A DNA stretch of 64,000 bases from assembly GCA_016182555.1 (NCBI GenBank), contig JACPGJ010000008.1, positions 156,272-220,271 on the forward strand, written 5' to 3'. A model generated the notes under the pieces. That model ran no database searches. It was not told the DNA's origin and was given only the letters and a program-made list of their open reading frames with translations. How positions within the stretch are numbered: position 1 is the first letter of the stretch; every line of letters begins with the position of its first letter. The position numbers and the translations under genes were made by a program. This DNA is from Candidatus Kerfeldbacteria bacterium (GTDB lineage: Bacteria > Patescibacteriota > Patescibacteriia > UBA9570 > XYC2-FULL-38-9). Below are positions 38,598 to 48,924 of this stretch, piece by piece.

Positions 38598-39446
38598 TTA
38601 TTTCTTTAGTCGCTTTCGTTTTTCTTCCATAAGCAAAAAATTACTTTTACTGACAATTTTTTTGCCCGTTTTTGCTTCCAATTGTTTTCGCGCATTGCCA
38701 GCAATAGCACCGCCTTCTTTTGCAGAGTGTACATTTTCCTGAAAACCTTCTGCATTCTCCGTTTCTGCAATTTGCCGCGTAGACAATTCCGCCAATGCCG
38801 TGAATATCAATTCCGCATCAGTCATGTGGTCACGTAAATTCTGAGATTGAAGGTGTTTTAATTTTTTATGTTCTGCGGTCGTTAGTTCGCTCCATTCTTT
38901 ATGAATCAGATCCGTTAATTTGGCGTAATCAACTGGTTGTTCTATACCGTGTTCACTCCAATAATCAGTAAGCTTATTTCGGGTTTCCTGGCCAAGCATT
39001 CGCTGTTCAATCCATTTTTTTGAACGTCCAAGTTCTTTCCAATGACGACGAGCGCGGTTCAGAGCACGTTCAGGGTCAACGGTTTCCTGCATCCGTTCAT
39101 AGCCAACTTTTGCCAACCATTGCTTAAATGGTTCAGCATTTTTAGACGGAATACTTTGGATAATGCGAAAAACGCTCTCCACATCAGCGGCATCAGTGAA
39201 TCGCATTTTGCCATCTTCTGCGTGCATTTTCAACTGGTTACATTTTGTAACCACTTCACTTCCCTCTTCTTTTAAACGGTTTTTTAATACTTTCCAGTAG
39301 TTCCGTGCGTCTGCACTCTCCGTCAGAACCCGAATAACATCGACGACACTAAAATACCACTTTTCCTCCTTTTCTACCCATACACGGCGTACAGGTACGT
39401 GTTCAAATAGCACAATAAATTTAGCATCTTCTTCTTTTTTGGTCAT
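38598..39446 (-). CDS. Bro-N domain (phage antirepressor-like) DNA-binding protein
   Basis: WYFSVVDV, YWKVLKNRL, DGKMRFTD, IQSIPSKNAEPFKQWLA, NLRDHMT and GGAIAGNAR. Confidence 0.88.
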   Translation of the reverse strand: MTKKEEDAKFIVLFEHVPVRRVWVEKEEKWYFSVVDVIRVLTESADARNYWKVLKNRLKEEGSEVVTKCNQLKMHAEDGKMRFTDAADVESVFRIIQSIPSKNAEPFKQWLAKVGYERMQETVDPERALNRARRHWKELGRSKKWIEQRMLGQETRNKLTDYWSEHGIEQPVDYAKLTDLIHKEWSELTTAEHKKLKHLQSQNLRDHMTDAELIFTALAELSTRQIAETENAEGFQENVHSAKEGGAIAGNARKQLEAKTGKKIVSKSNFLLMEEKRKRLKK

Positions 39447-39573
39447 ACATTTTATGACGTTATGAATTATGTGGCTTGATATAAAAAAAGCCACCAACCA
39501 ATATCTGGGGAGACGTCTGTATAAATTGTATCATGAAGCAAATTTTTGTATAGTGCATGATTGCACGCAAAAA

Positions 39574-40317
39574 TCAAAATCCGATGTTCATGCTATGAAC
39601 CACTGGCGAGATGCTTGTATACCAAGCCGCATATCCATCGCTACTCGGGTGAAACGAATCGGCGGCGTAATATCGCTTCGGATCTTGAGCAAACGGATCA
39701 TCTTTTTTTTCGCGATAGAGGTCGATGTACTGCACTTGCGTTGCGGCGGTTTGGCGTAAAAATATTTGACGAACAGCACGAGTACGCACACCCCACGCCC
39801 ACCGTGTGCCAAAAGGAAAAAATGGGGCTGTTCCCACATTGCCGCAACTAAACACCACAACGTTATCCGCAACGTGCTTTGCTTGTTCAAGCACCTGTGC
39901 CAAATCTTGCTCGGCACTCTTCAGTGGAGTAAAACGGACAATATCGTTTCCACCAATTTGAATAACCACAACATCGAAATGTGCACGTTCATTGGATAAT
40001 TGGTTGAACACATCAAGTAAATCATGCACTTTTGCGCCACTGACCGCACGATTTTCTATAGACGCATCAGGAAAATCTGCACCAATCAAACCCGCAACAG
40101 ATTCAGCAGGTGTCGCAGCACCGACTCCTACCCCAGTGCTATCTCCTACTACCAATACTGTTTTGCCATTTTCAGCCCCCGCTTGTGTGTATGCCACCGT
40201 CTGTTGTACAAGCGACAACCCCACTGTCACTTTTTTATTCACCAGAATATATTGAACAAGCACATACCCAATAGCAATAATAATAACGATAATCACAGGC
40301 ATACGATAGCGCCTCAC
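39574..40317 (-). CDS. Membrane-anchored SGNH/GDSL hydrolase
   Basis: VGDSTG, SGA, IGGND and DSFHP. Confidence 0.9.
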   Translation of the reverse strand: MRRYRMPVIIVIIIAIGYVLVQYILVNKKVTVGLSLVQQTVAYTQAGAENGKTVLVVGDSTGVGVGAATPAESVAGLIGADFPDASIENRAVSGAKVHDLLDVFNQLSNERAHFDVVVIQIGGNDIVRFTPLKSAEQDLAQVLEQAKHVADNVVVFSCGNVGTAPFFPFGTRWAWGVRTRAVRQIFLRQTAATQVQYIDLYREKKDDPFAQDPKRYYAADSFHPSSDGYAAWYTSISPVVHSMNIGF

Positions 40318-40321
40318 CTGG

Positions 40322-41530
40322 CTACTTTGTATCCCCACCGCTGCTATTATCTTGCTTCTTATACACCATCAAAATGGTTCCATCGTTGAGAAGCACCGGC
40401 GATGGATCACAGGTGGTCATATCCGCATCCTGTGGAATAACTCCACTCGTGGTGTTACCAAAATTTATTCCATCCGTGGAAGTCGCGGTATTTACGCCGC
40501 CACTACACCCATAAATATGAACGGTATCATCTTCGTCAACATACACGCCAGGAATACCGCCGCCAGACCATGAAGAACCGGTGAGAGTGAAATCTAGTCC
40601 GTTGGTTGATGTCGCAATTAAACTATTGGAACCGTTAGAGACATACATAATCCACGTATCGTTTAATCGAAGTACTTCTGGATCAGTAATAGATTCCACA
40701 GATAGTCGTTCATCATCTTCCATCGTAAAATTCACGCCATCGTCTGATAATGCAGAATACATAGGGTGTTCGCCTTCCATACTTGCTGGATCCGCATCCT
40801 GGACTGTTGAACCAAAAAAATACATGCGCAATGTTCCATCTTCTAATTGAATGAGCGAAGGATCGTACGCGCCAATGCTATCGTCTAAACCATCGAAATT
40901 CACCGCAAGTGGATCTGACCACGTTGCACCATTATCAGAAGATTTTGACATACAAATACCTGAACGAACAAAATACACCAGAATATCACCCGCATCTCCG
41001 GCAGTGGTTGTCTGCTGAAGAAGTACACCATCTGGTACCGAAGCATACGTTATTGCTGGTGTATCAGCATCAGTGAACGATGACGGATCTGATGACGAGG
41101 TGACGTATACGTCGTGACTAATGCCTGTCGTGGGACAAGGTTCAGCATCCCCAGTGAGTGTATGTGTATAGCTCGTTTTTTTCCACGCCGAAGCACTTTT
41201 ATTTTTATTGCCCTTCACTCGAACCTGTATCGTATAATCATTCCCATCATCAAATAGTGCTGCGTCAAAGTTCGCGTGTTTCTTTTTTGTTGTTTTCGTA
41301 TCCAGAGTTTCATCGTCTGAAATCACTTTCACAATATATGTTCGGTTAGCCACAGCATAGGACCAACTCACCTGTACTGTATCATCGGTTGCGCTATATT
41401 CAACACTCAAGTTTTTTACTTTTTTGAATGTTGGTTTTGCAATGACTACTAGTGGCAACACCACGACAACCACTAGAAGAAAAGAAAAAAGAGCAATCCA
41501 CTGTTTCCGAGATGCGTAAAATTTTAGCAT
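40322..41530 (-). CDS. Secreted protein with a Lys-rich Fn3-like N-domain and a beta-propeller (GH43/sialidase-like) domain
   Basis: Signal/TM segment; Asp-box-like SSDNGATW, SDDGVNF, STNGLDF and STDGINF; repeated DP motifs. Confidence 0.7.
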   Translation of the reverse strand: MLKFYASRKQWIALFSFLLVVVVVLPLVVIAKPTFKKVKNLSVEYSATDDTVQVSWSYAVANRTYIVKVISDDETLDTKTTKKKHANFDAALFDDGNDYTIQVRVKGNKNKSASAWKKTSYTHTLTGDAEPCPTTGISHDVYVTSSSDPSSFTDADTPAITYASVPDGVLLQQTTTAGDAGDILVYFVRSGICMSKSSDNGATWSDPLAVNFDGLDDSIGAYDPSLIQLEDGTLRMYFFGSTVQDADPASMEGEHPMYSALSDDGVNFTMEDDERLSVESITDPEVLRLNDTWIMYVSNGSNSLIATSTNGLDFTLTGSSWSGGGIPGVYVDEDDTVHIYGCSGGVNTATSTDGINFGNTTSGVIPQDADMTTCDPSPVLLNDGTILMVYKKQDNSSGGDTK

Positions 41531-41629
41531 AGATTCAATAAATAAATAATTACACCTAGTTTTGATTATAACAAATATCCTGTACTGCCGAAAGATACAG
41601 AACCAATATCAACATAGGCAGAACTCGTT

Positions 41630-42847
41630 CTAATAATCTTCGCTACCGCGGTTAATGCTAATTTCGCCGGCGTAATTTTTTGTCACCATTTCGGCAATGA
41701 CCGTGCGTAAAATTTCGGGGTTCCATTCGCGAGCATACTGCCCAAATTGCGCCATAATGTTCATGAGTTTCACTGTGGCACTGGCGGTAGACATGTCTTT
41801 TGCTGTTACAATACCAGCGGCTGCAGCTCTTTTGGCATCTTCGTCATGTTGTTCCATTTTTGGGCTAATGCCGGATTCGGCACAACTGGATGTGAGGAAA
41901 ATAGGGAAGCCTTTGTGAATTTGTGCGGTTAAAACATGAACAAGCTCGCGTGGAATGGCTCCAGACCCGTATGTTTCCAAAATAAGCCCTACATCTTTTT
42001 GCGATTCAATAATTTGTTGAATTTGTTCAAAATTTAACCCTGGGCTCAACCGCAGCGTAGTAATACTTGGGTTAAATTTCGGCTGAAAAATGAGTTCATA
42101 TTTTTGTTTACTGCCGCGGCGTCGAGTACCGGAAAGTAATTCAATACCGGCTGCCGTAAAATATCCGCACGGGCCAGTGACGCGTGCTTCAAACACATCA
42201 AGGCGCTGGTCATTTTTTTTCGTCACCCGTGTTCCACGAAAAATTTGACCATTTGCATAGGCAACCACTTCAGCGAGATCAGCATGCGCAGCAATTTCCA
42301 TTGAGCCGGTTAAGTTTGCCAACCCATCACTGCCAGGAAAACCGAGAATGGGAATTTGTGAAGCGGTGAATACCACAGGAATCGCGACATTACGCAATGC
42401 AAATGCTGTAGCGGCAGAGGTATATTCTAATGTGTGCGTTCCATGACCAATGACCACGCCATCTACATCTTCGTACATCGTTTTAATAGTGGCTCCAAGA
42501 GCGGTCCATAAATCTGGTTTTACTTCTTTAGAATCAATATTGGAAAGATAAATTCCAATAATGTTATAGCGGCTGCGAATATTGCACACCGAATCTGCCA
42601 CACTGATTACTTTGGTAATATCAATCGCTCCGTCAAAAGAAAGAATGCCATCAGCGGATTTGCTGGGAACCATGGCGAGTGTTCCGCCGGTGTGAATATA
42701 AGCAATGGTCGGTTTTTTCAGATTTGGTTTTTCTTCTTGAAACTTTATCTCTGGCAAATAATTGCCAAAAAACTGCGGGTTTACGCCTGCGGCCAGGGCT
42801 TTGTCTAAAAAAGCTTGTTGAGAAGGATTTGGTTTGGTGGTCGTCAT
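41630..42847 (-). CDS. ansA: Type I L-asparaginase
   Basis: HTGGT, IDS, HGTHTL (normally HGTDT), PVVFTASQIP and ETYGSG. Confidence 0.8.
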   Translation of the reverse strand: MTTTKPNPSQQAFLDKALAAGVNPQFFGNYLPEIKFQEEKPNLKKPTIAYIHTGGTLAMVPSKSADGILSFDGAIDITKVISVADSVCNIRSRYNIIGIYLSNIDSKEVKPDLWTALGATIKTMYEDVDGVVIGHGTHTLEYTSAATAFALRNVAIPVVFTASQIPILGFPGSDGLANLTGSMEIAAHADLAEVVAYANGQIFRGTRVTKKNDQRLDVFEARVTGPCGYFTAAGIELLSGTRRRGSKQKYELIFQPKFNPSITTLRLSPGLNFEQIQQIIESQKDVGLILETYGSGAIPRELVHVLTAQIHKGFPIFLTSSCAESGISPKMEQHDEDAKRAAAAGIVTAKDMSTASATVKLMNIMAQFGQYAREWNPEILRTVIAEMVTKNYAGEISINRGSEDY

Positions 42848-42947
42848 AGAATAAATGATTTTGCGTTATTTCTGAGTGTATTGTAGAGTGTTTTATATGA
42901 GTGGCAAATATCACCATTGGTGCTAATTATCACCACTATAAAAACCT

Positions 42948-43700
42948 ATGTTTATTGAACTTTTTGAACAATTAGGACTCTCCCCCAACGAAGCAAAGAT
43001 CTACGAAGTCTTGTTATCCACAGGCGAAACCTCTGTTTCACGTATTGCGGTACAAGCAAATATTCACCGCCGTAACATTTATGATGCACTCAACCGCCTC
43101 ATTGAAAAAGGTCTGGTCTACAGAATTTTTCAATCCGGTGAACATCTCTTCCGCCCCGTGAGCCCAGACAAATTGATGGAAATGGTGAAAGACAAAGAAC
43201 GCCGCTTAGTGCAGGCCATGCCGGAATTGAAAACCATGTACGAAGCTGAGTACCACGCTGAAGCAGCCTACATTTATAAAGGCGTGGAAGGATTCAAAAA
43301 TTATATGCGCGATATGATTGCTGTGGGTGAAGAAACCTATTTTCTTGGAGCAAAAGGGTTGTGGTACAGCCCGCAAGTGAGCACACAGTTTATTGATGAA
43401 TTTCAAGATACGGCTCGTCGCAAAAATTTTGAATATTACACCTTGTATGACCCGCGGGTAAAAGAAGAAATGCCGCTCGCACTAGAAGGTGTTGGCGGAA
43501 AATGGAAACTGCTGCCAGAAAAATATGCCACCAAAGGCGTGGTGGATATTTTTGGTGATTATGTCGTCACGTTTACCAGCGTTGGCATTGGCAACTTTGG
43601 CGATGACGGACTTATTTTTGTCATGATCAACAAAGAACTGGCGGAAACATATAAAACCTGGTTCCGCTATATTTGGGATACCTGCCCGGATGCACGCTAA
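42948..43700 (+). CDS. TrmB-family HTH transcriptional regulator
   Basis: LGLSPNEAKIYEVLL, IYDALNRLIEKGLV and YKGVEG; divergent from ansA. Confidence 0.88.
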   Translation: MFIELFEQLGLSPNEAKIYEVLLSTGETSVSRIAVQANIHRRNIYDALNRLIEKGLVYRIFQSGEHLFRPVSPDKLMEMVKDKERRLVQAMPELKTMYEAEYHAEAAYIYKGVEGFKNYMRDMIAVGEETYFLGAKGLWYSPQVSTQFIDEFQDTARRKNFEYYTLYDPRVKEEMPLALEGVGGKWKLLPEKYATKGVVDIFGDYVVTFTSVGIGNFGDDGLIFVMINKELAETYKTWFRYIWDTCPDAR

Positions 43701-43720
43701 TTGTATAAAACGCGTTTATT

Positions 43721-45361
43721 TTACTCAATCTCCTGTAACAATTTTTTCCCAGCCTTAGCAAGTTCAATAGCCCGAAGAGCTTGTAATTGTGCATTTGTAT
43801 AATCGCCGCGCTTGCGGAAACCGTTTGCAATACTTTTTGCATTTGCGGCGTCAATAATCGCCCCACCTTGCACGAAATCTAAATATTCCTCTTCTTCGTC
43901 GGTGTTCGCGTTCTCTATAGCAGATTTTTCGAGTGTACTTAATTGTCGAAATTGTTTTTTTGCTTTATTCAGTAATTTTTTTGAAGATTGCTGTCTCTCT
44001 TTTGCGTTCCATTCTTCTTCCGTTCCTTGTTCAATTTCATCCACCACTGTTTTAATTTCATCCTTCAAATTGTCTAACTGCTCCTGTATGGCATCTAATA
44101 AATTTTCATCTACCTCTTCACCTAGCAGTGTTGCAGCGCGAAGTGGAGCAAACGCCAATTGAATTTCGTACACTCGGTTTTGTGCAGCTGCCAAAAACGC
44201 GAGTATCTCTTCTCGATTGTCACGTTGCAGTGCTTCTAAACGTTTTTCCGCAATGACTTCAATGAATGTTTTTAGTTTGACATCAATGTCTTCTAACGTG
44301 CTTGAATCACCATCTTTATCACCTTCAAAATATTTTTTTGCTTTCTTAAACAACGACAATCCATTATTGGCAGAGGTACGCGCAGTAAAGCACAATGTCA
44401 TTTTGTTTTCATTAGCATTATCAATATCTTCTGCAGTTGCATAGGCTATCGCAGCTTCACCAAAATTGACCTGCGCAATATTCAAAATTTCTTTTGCACT
44501 CGATAAATCAAAATCAATTTCTCCATCTTCTAACGCATCATTGATCTTCTCTGTTAAATTATTCATTTTATCAGCCAATTTTTCCATCTTGTCATCCGCC
44601 GCTTCACACACTTTTTCTACTGCTTCCCCATCGAGAGCTTGCGCATCACCAGAATCAATTTTTTCTGCTGCATTTCGAATTTTTATTTTTTGCTCTTCCA
44701 AAAGATCCTGAATATCGCTATTATCTTCATTCTCTTCACACTGTTTTGATTTACCCGGCAACGCTTCTAAACGTAGACGATCTGTGCTGATTGCTAACTG
44801 CAGCTGACTAATTAAATTTGCGGCATCCAGCAAATCCTTCACCGCGCTTTCATTGTCTGCAATTGTTTGTGCTTGCGTTAAATAATAGGCCGCTTCGTCA
44901 TTAAAAAGCTCCGCTTTTGCATTGAATACCTCAAAACAATTTCCTGACTCTTCTGCTTCTGCTAAATCATCTGACGCGTCTTCATCTGGCTCGTATGCTT
45001 CCTTGTCCTCATCTTCGTCTTTAGAATCGTCTTCTGCGTCTTCATCTTCTCCATCAGTATCATCTTCGGAATCTTCGTCATCATCAGATACGTCATCGCC
45101 CTCTTCGTCTTCAGAATCTTCATCATCTTTTATATCGCTGTCATCCTCAGCATCTTCATCCTCACCTGTACCGTCATCATCCGGTAAATCTTCATCTTCT
45201 GAATCGTCATCATTTTGTTCCGTCATAACAACTGCAAGCCATTGGTTAACAGCTGCTGGCGTTGTTGCTGCAAAAGCTGTATGGAATTGAAACACAAAGA
45301 ATAGCGTGGACAACATACTTAATGAAGCCACAGAGATAAACACACGATGCATGGTAGACAT
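43721..45361 (-). CDS. Secreted acidic alpha-helical hypothetical protein with a long Asp/Glu tract
   Basis: Signal peptide (TAFA), a D/E low-complexity tract of about 85 aa, then a coiled-coil-like body. Confidence 0.7.
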   Translation of the reverse strand: MSTMHRVFISVASLSMLSTLFFVFQFHTAFAATTPAAVNQWLAVVMTEQNDDDSEDEDLPDDDGTGEDEDAEDDSDIKDDEDSEDEEGDDVSDDDEDSEDDTDGEDEDAEDDSKDEDEDKEAYEPDEDASDDLAEAEESGNCFEVFNAKAELFNDEAAYYLTQAQTIADNESAVKDLLDAANLISQLQLAISTDRLRLEALPGKSKQCEENEDNSDIQDLLEEQKIKIRNAAEKIDSGDAQALDGEAVEKVCEAADDKMEKLADKMNNLTEKINDALEDGEIDFDLSSAKEILNIAQVNFGEAAIAYATAEDIDNANENKMTLCFTARTSANNGLSLFKKAKKYFEGDKDGDSSTLEDIDVKLKTFIEVIAEKRLEALQRDNREEILAFLAAAQNRVYEIQLAFAPLRAATLLGEEVDENLLDAIQEQLDNLKDEIKTVVDEIEQGTEEEWNAKERQQSSKKLLNKAKKQFRQLSTLEKSAIENANTDEEEEYLDFVQGGAIIDAANAKSIANGFRKRGDYTNAQLQALRAIELAKAGKKLLQEIE

Positions 45362-45412
45362 AATTTTCTCCGTCAATATTTATTTACTGGTAGTATACCA
45401 TACTCGCTTTTT

Positions 45413-46657
45413 TTATTGCAATTGAGCAGACTGTTCTTGAAAAATGGCGTCAAACTGCTGCACGGTTGGGTCCACTGCCAGCGCCTGCCGATTGATTCCA
45501 CGAATATGTAAACCGTTGAGTGTTTTCACGCGCGACAACGCCACATATCCCATTCCGGCTGCAAAGGCTTTGGATAAATCTACATCCACCACATCCAGTG
45601 TCATTCCCTGGCTTTTGTGCACCGTAATCGCCCACGCCAAACGCAGCGGAAATTGGCGAATTTCGGCTTTCAACACACCATTTTGTTCCATCATCCACGA
45701 ATCACGATCAACGGTCACTTCACGCCCTTTTGCCGTTTGCACAACCGGCTGCCCAGCATCAAAATCGATGACTGTTCCGAGTGTTCCATTCACATACCCT
45801 TGCGAAAAATTATTTTTCACGAACATCACCTGCGCGCCTACTTTCAATTCCAAACGCTCTGGTGCTAAACAATATTTTTTCAGTGTATCAACATCTGCTT
45901 TTTTTCCACTACTCGTCATTTCAAAAATTTCGATAGGCGTCGATAATTGCGCGAGTTCTTTTTTATTCAATGCGTCGACATCAATATTATGGGTGTACAA
46001 CCGCGTTGGAGTCACGTGATCTGGCGGTTGCACATTAATGCGCTCTTGCAACAATGCCGCACTCTCTTCACTCACCTTCCCTTGCCGAATTTCTTGCAAT
46101 ACTTGTAATAGTGGGTCATCATCCGATTGGCGATACACAGTTTCTAAATAACAAGTAGCAATATTCATTTGCGGCCACACGCGTGCTTCAAAGGCAAAAT
46201 GCGTGTCCGTGCTGTCGCGGTTAATAGGAGGAAGCTGAAAAAAATCACCAGCCAGCACCACTTGAATGCCTCCAAACGGCAGTGGAACTTGGAGAATAGT
46301 GCGCAATACGGTGTCTATCATATCTAAACGAAACGAATGCAACATCGATACTTCGTCGATGATCAACACATCGGTTGTGCGAAACCGTTTATGCAAATAT
46401 TGTTTTTGCGTGAGCGCATCCAAATCGTAATCGTTCAAAAAGTCTTTAATGCCAATACCTGCCCACGAATGAATGGTCGTGCCACCAAGGTGCGTTGCCG
46501 CAATACCAGTGGAAGCGGTAATCGCGACGGTCTTCCCCTGCTCGCGTAGCCAATCAATAAACTTCGTTAAAACATAGGTTTTTCCGGAACCAGCAGGGCC
46601 AGTTAAAAAAACATTTCTGCCGGCTTGTAAATATTTGAGCGTTTTTTCTTGGTTCAT
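45413..46657 (-). CDS. PIF1-family SF1B DNA helicase
   Basis: TGPAGSGKT, TASTGIAA, IDEVSM, PFGGIQVVLAGDFFQLPP, QFPLRLAWAITVHKSQG and YVALSR. Confidence 0.93.
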   Translation of the reverse strand: MNQEKTLKYLQAGRNVFLTGPAGSGKTYVLTKFIDWLREQGKTVAITASTGIAATHLGGTTIHSWAGIGIKDFLNDYDLDALTQKQYLHKRFRTTDVLIIDEVSMLHSFRLDMIDTVLRTILQVPLPFGGIQVVLAGDFFQLPPINRDSTDTHFAFEARVWPQMNIATCYLETVYRQSDDDPLLQVLQEIRQGKVSEESAALLQERINVQPPDHVTPTRLYTHNIDVDALNKKELAQLSTPIEIFEMTSSGKKADVDTLKKYCLAPERLELKVGAQVMFVKNNFSQGYVNGTLGTVIDFDAGQPVVQTAKGREVTVDRDSWMMEQNGVLKAEIRQFPLRLAWAITVHKSQGMTLDVVDVDLSKAFAAGMGYVALSRVKTLNGLHIRGINRQALAVDPTVQQFDAIFQEQSAQLQ

Positions 46658-46676
46658 CTGTATGAAAATCTTCAAA

Positions 46677-47219
46677 TTAACTATACCGTTTAATGAATGC
46701 CGAGCGCCCAGAACCCTTTTTGTACATTTGGTAACGCAACGGATTTTTTTTATAATAAGATTGATGCTCTTCTTCGGCTGGGAAAAACGTTGTAAATGGA
46801 ACAACTTGTGTAGCAATAGGTTTGCTGTATTTTTTTGACGCATCTAGTTCCCGAATATATTGTTCGGCAATGGTGCGCTGTTCGGGCGTGTGGTAATACA
46901 CTGCAGTGGTATATTGAAATCCTTGGTCTGCAAATTGCCCATCTGGATCTGTTGGATCAATTTGGCGAAAAAATATTTCCAGCATTGTGCGGTAAGAAAT
47001 TTGCACGGGGTCAAATTGCATGTGAATGGTTTCACGGTGTTGCGTTTTCCCGCTACATACAATTTCGTAATAGGCTTCTTCTTGTGTACCGCCCGCATAT
47101 CCAACCTCAACATTGTGCACTCCTGCTTCTGCATCAAAAGGCCCTTGCACACACCAAAAACAACCACCAGCAAATGTTGCTTGTTCCGAAAAATTTCCTG
47201 TTTTTCGCTCTTTCATCAT
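46677..47219 (-). CDS. msrA: Peptide methionine sulfoxide reductase A
   Basis: FAGGCFWC, GYAGG, DPTD..GQFAD.G.QY and AEEEHQSYY. Confidence 0.95.
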   Translation of the reverse strand: MMKERKTGNFSEQATFAGGCFWCVQGPFDAEAGVHNVEVGYAGGTQEEAYYEIVCSGKTQHRETIHMQFDPVQISYRTMLEIFFRQIDPTDPDGQFADQGFQYTTAVYYHTPEQRTIAEQYIRELDASKKYSKPIATQVVPFTTFFPAEEEHQSYYKKNPLRYQMYKKGSGRSAFIKRYS

Positions 47220-48911
47220 TTATTTTGCGTTTGCGCGAGTGAGTGTGGTACGTTTTCCACGAATGAATTTTCCTTTCATGGCAGTCATCACTTTGCCAGC
47301 CGTGTCTTCAGGCACATCGACAAATGTCTGTTTATCTTGAATGGTAATAGCTCCAATCATGTTTCCAGCAATGCCAGATTCTCCGGCAATAGCACCAACC
47401 ACATCACCAGGGCGAATACCGTCTGCGCGTCCAGCATCTAACCGCAGCCGCGCCATGCCAGGTTCTTCTTCACCCGGTTCACGGTCATACGAACGATAAT
47501 CTCGGCGATTTCCGGGGTTTCGGCCACGCCCTCGCTCACCACGTCGATCATCCCGCCCGTATCCACGGCCACCATCACGTCGATTTTCATACATCGGCAT
47601 TTCTATTTCCGGCACTTCCGGTGTTGCCGTGAGCATTTTCAATAACGCGGCAGCAATATCCATTGAAGTGAACTCCCCTTCTTTCATCAATTTTTCAACC
47701 CGTTCTATTTGCGTTTGTAATTTGCCACTCAGCAATGTTTCTTTTATTTTTTCTGTTTGTGCGACAAATTTAATCTCTTCAATATCATTCAATGAAGGAA
47801 TTGGATGCGGCTTAATATCTGCTTGTGTATAGCGTTGAATTTGACGCAGCAAGTAACTTTGCTTCCCCGAAGCAAATGTAAATGCACGACCAGATTTTCC
47901 TGCGCGACCCGTTCGTCCAATACGATGCACATAATACTCTTCATCTTGCGGCACATCATAGTTAAACACCGCTTCTAAATCTTCTACGTCAATACCACGT
48001 GCTGCCACATCGGTTGCTACCAACAAATCTACTTTTTTATTTTTGAATGCTTTCATCACACGGTCTCGTTCGGTTTGTCGCAAGTCACCGTGAATGGATT
48101 GCGCAGAATACCCACGGGCTTTTAAGTGCGTTACCACCTCATCCACTTGACGTTTCGTATTACAAAATACTACACCAGATTTTACATTATACACATCGAT
48201 CAACCGTGAGAGCACTTCCAACTTCATCTGCGGGCGCACCTCTATACGAAACTGCTCAATCTTTGGTGCGGAAACTTTTTTGTGTGCTACTTGAATATGT
48301 TTTGGATGTCGTTGATATTTTTTCGTGAGCGCCGCAATGGCTCGCGGCATCGTTGCTGAAAACAAAACGGTTTGGCGTTCTTCTGGTGTATAATTTAAAA
48401 TTTCTTCAATACTTTCACGGAAGCCCATGTTCAACATTTCATCTGCTTCATCAAGCACAATAATTTTCACATCACCGAGCGAAATACTTTTGCGTTCAAT
48501 ATGGTCCATCATACGGCCCGGTGTCGCGATAATAATTTGCGGTTTTTGACGCAACGACTGCATTTGGCGTTGAATCGGTTGGCCGCCATAAATAGGCACC
48601 ACAAAGACACCGCGCGTATACTTCAATAATTTCTGAAATTCTTCCGACACTTGAATGGCCAGTTCGCGGGTTGGGCACAAAATAACGGCTTGAATCGCTT
48701 TTTGTGCCAGGTCAATTTTTTCAATCACCGGAATGGCAAACGCTGCGGTTTTTCCAGTGCCGGTTTGCGCTTGACCAATAATATCACTCCCCTCCAGTAA
48801 CAACGGAATGGTTTGCGTTTGAATGGGTGACGCTTCTTCAAAACCCATTTCAGAAATGGCTTTTTGAAGTTCTTTGGAGAGCGGTAATTCGCTAAATGGA
48901 ATTGTGTGCAT
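47220..48911 (-). CDS. deaD: DEAD-box RNA helicase with DbpA-type RNA-binding domain
   Basis: AQTGTGKT, PTRELA, DEAD, SAT, ARGID, HRIGRTGR and C-terminal IRPGDVVGAIAGE. Confidence 0.92.
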   Translation of the reverse strand: MHTIPFSELPLSKELQKAISEMGFEEASPIQTQTIPLLLEGSDIIGQAQTGTGKTAAFAIPVIEKIDLAQKAIQAVILCPTRELAIQVSEEFQKLLKYTRGVFVVPIYGGQPIQRQMQSLRQKPQIIIATPGRMMDHIERKSISLGDVKIIVLDEADEMLNMGFRESIEEILNYTPEERQTVLFSATMPRAIAALTKKYQRHPKHIQVAHKKVSAPKIEQFRIEVRPQMKLEVLSRLIDVYNVKSGVVFCNTKRQVDEVVTHLKARGYSAQSIHGDLRQTERDRVMKAFKNKKVDLLVATDVAARGIDVEDLEAVFNYDVPQDEEYYVHRIGRTGRAGKSGRAFTFASGKQSYLLRQIQRYTQADIKPHPIPSLNDIEEIKFVAQTEKIKETLLSGKLQTQIERVEKLMKEGEFTSMDIAAALLKMLTATPEVPEIEMPMYENRRDGGRGYGRDDRRGERGRGRNPGNRRDYRSYDREPGEEEPGMARLRLDAGRADGIRPGDVVGAIAGESGIAGNMIGAITIQDKQTFVDVPEDTAGKVMTAMKGKFIRGKRTTLTRANAK

Positions 48912-48924
48912 AAAATACTATCGG

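Noticed and set aside
38338-39446. Prophage suggested by Bro-N and GIY-YIG genes
   Set aside because: No integrase, terminase or structural genes are nearby; both families are common as solitary chromosomal genes.
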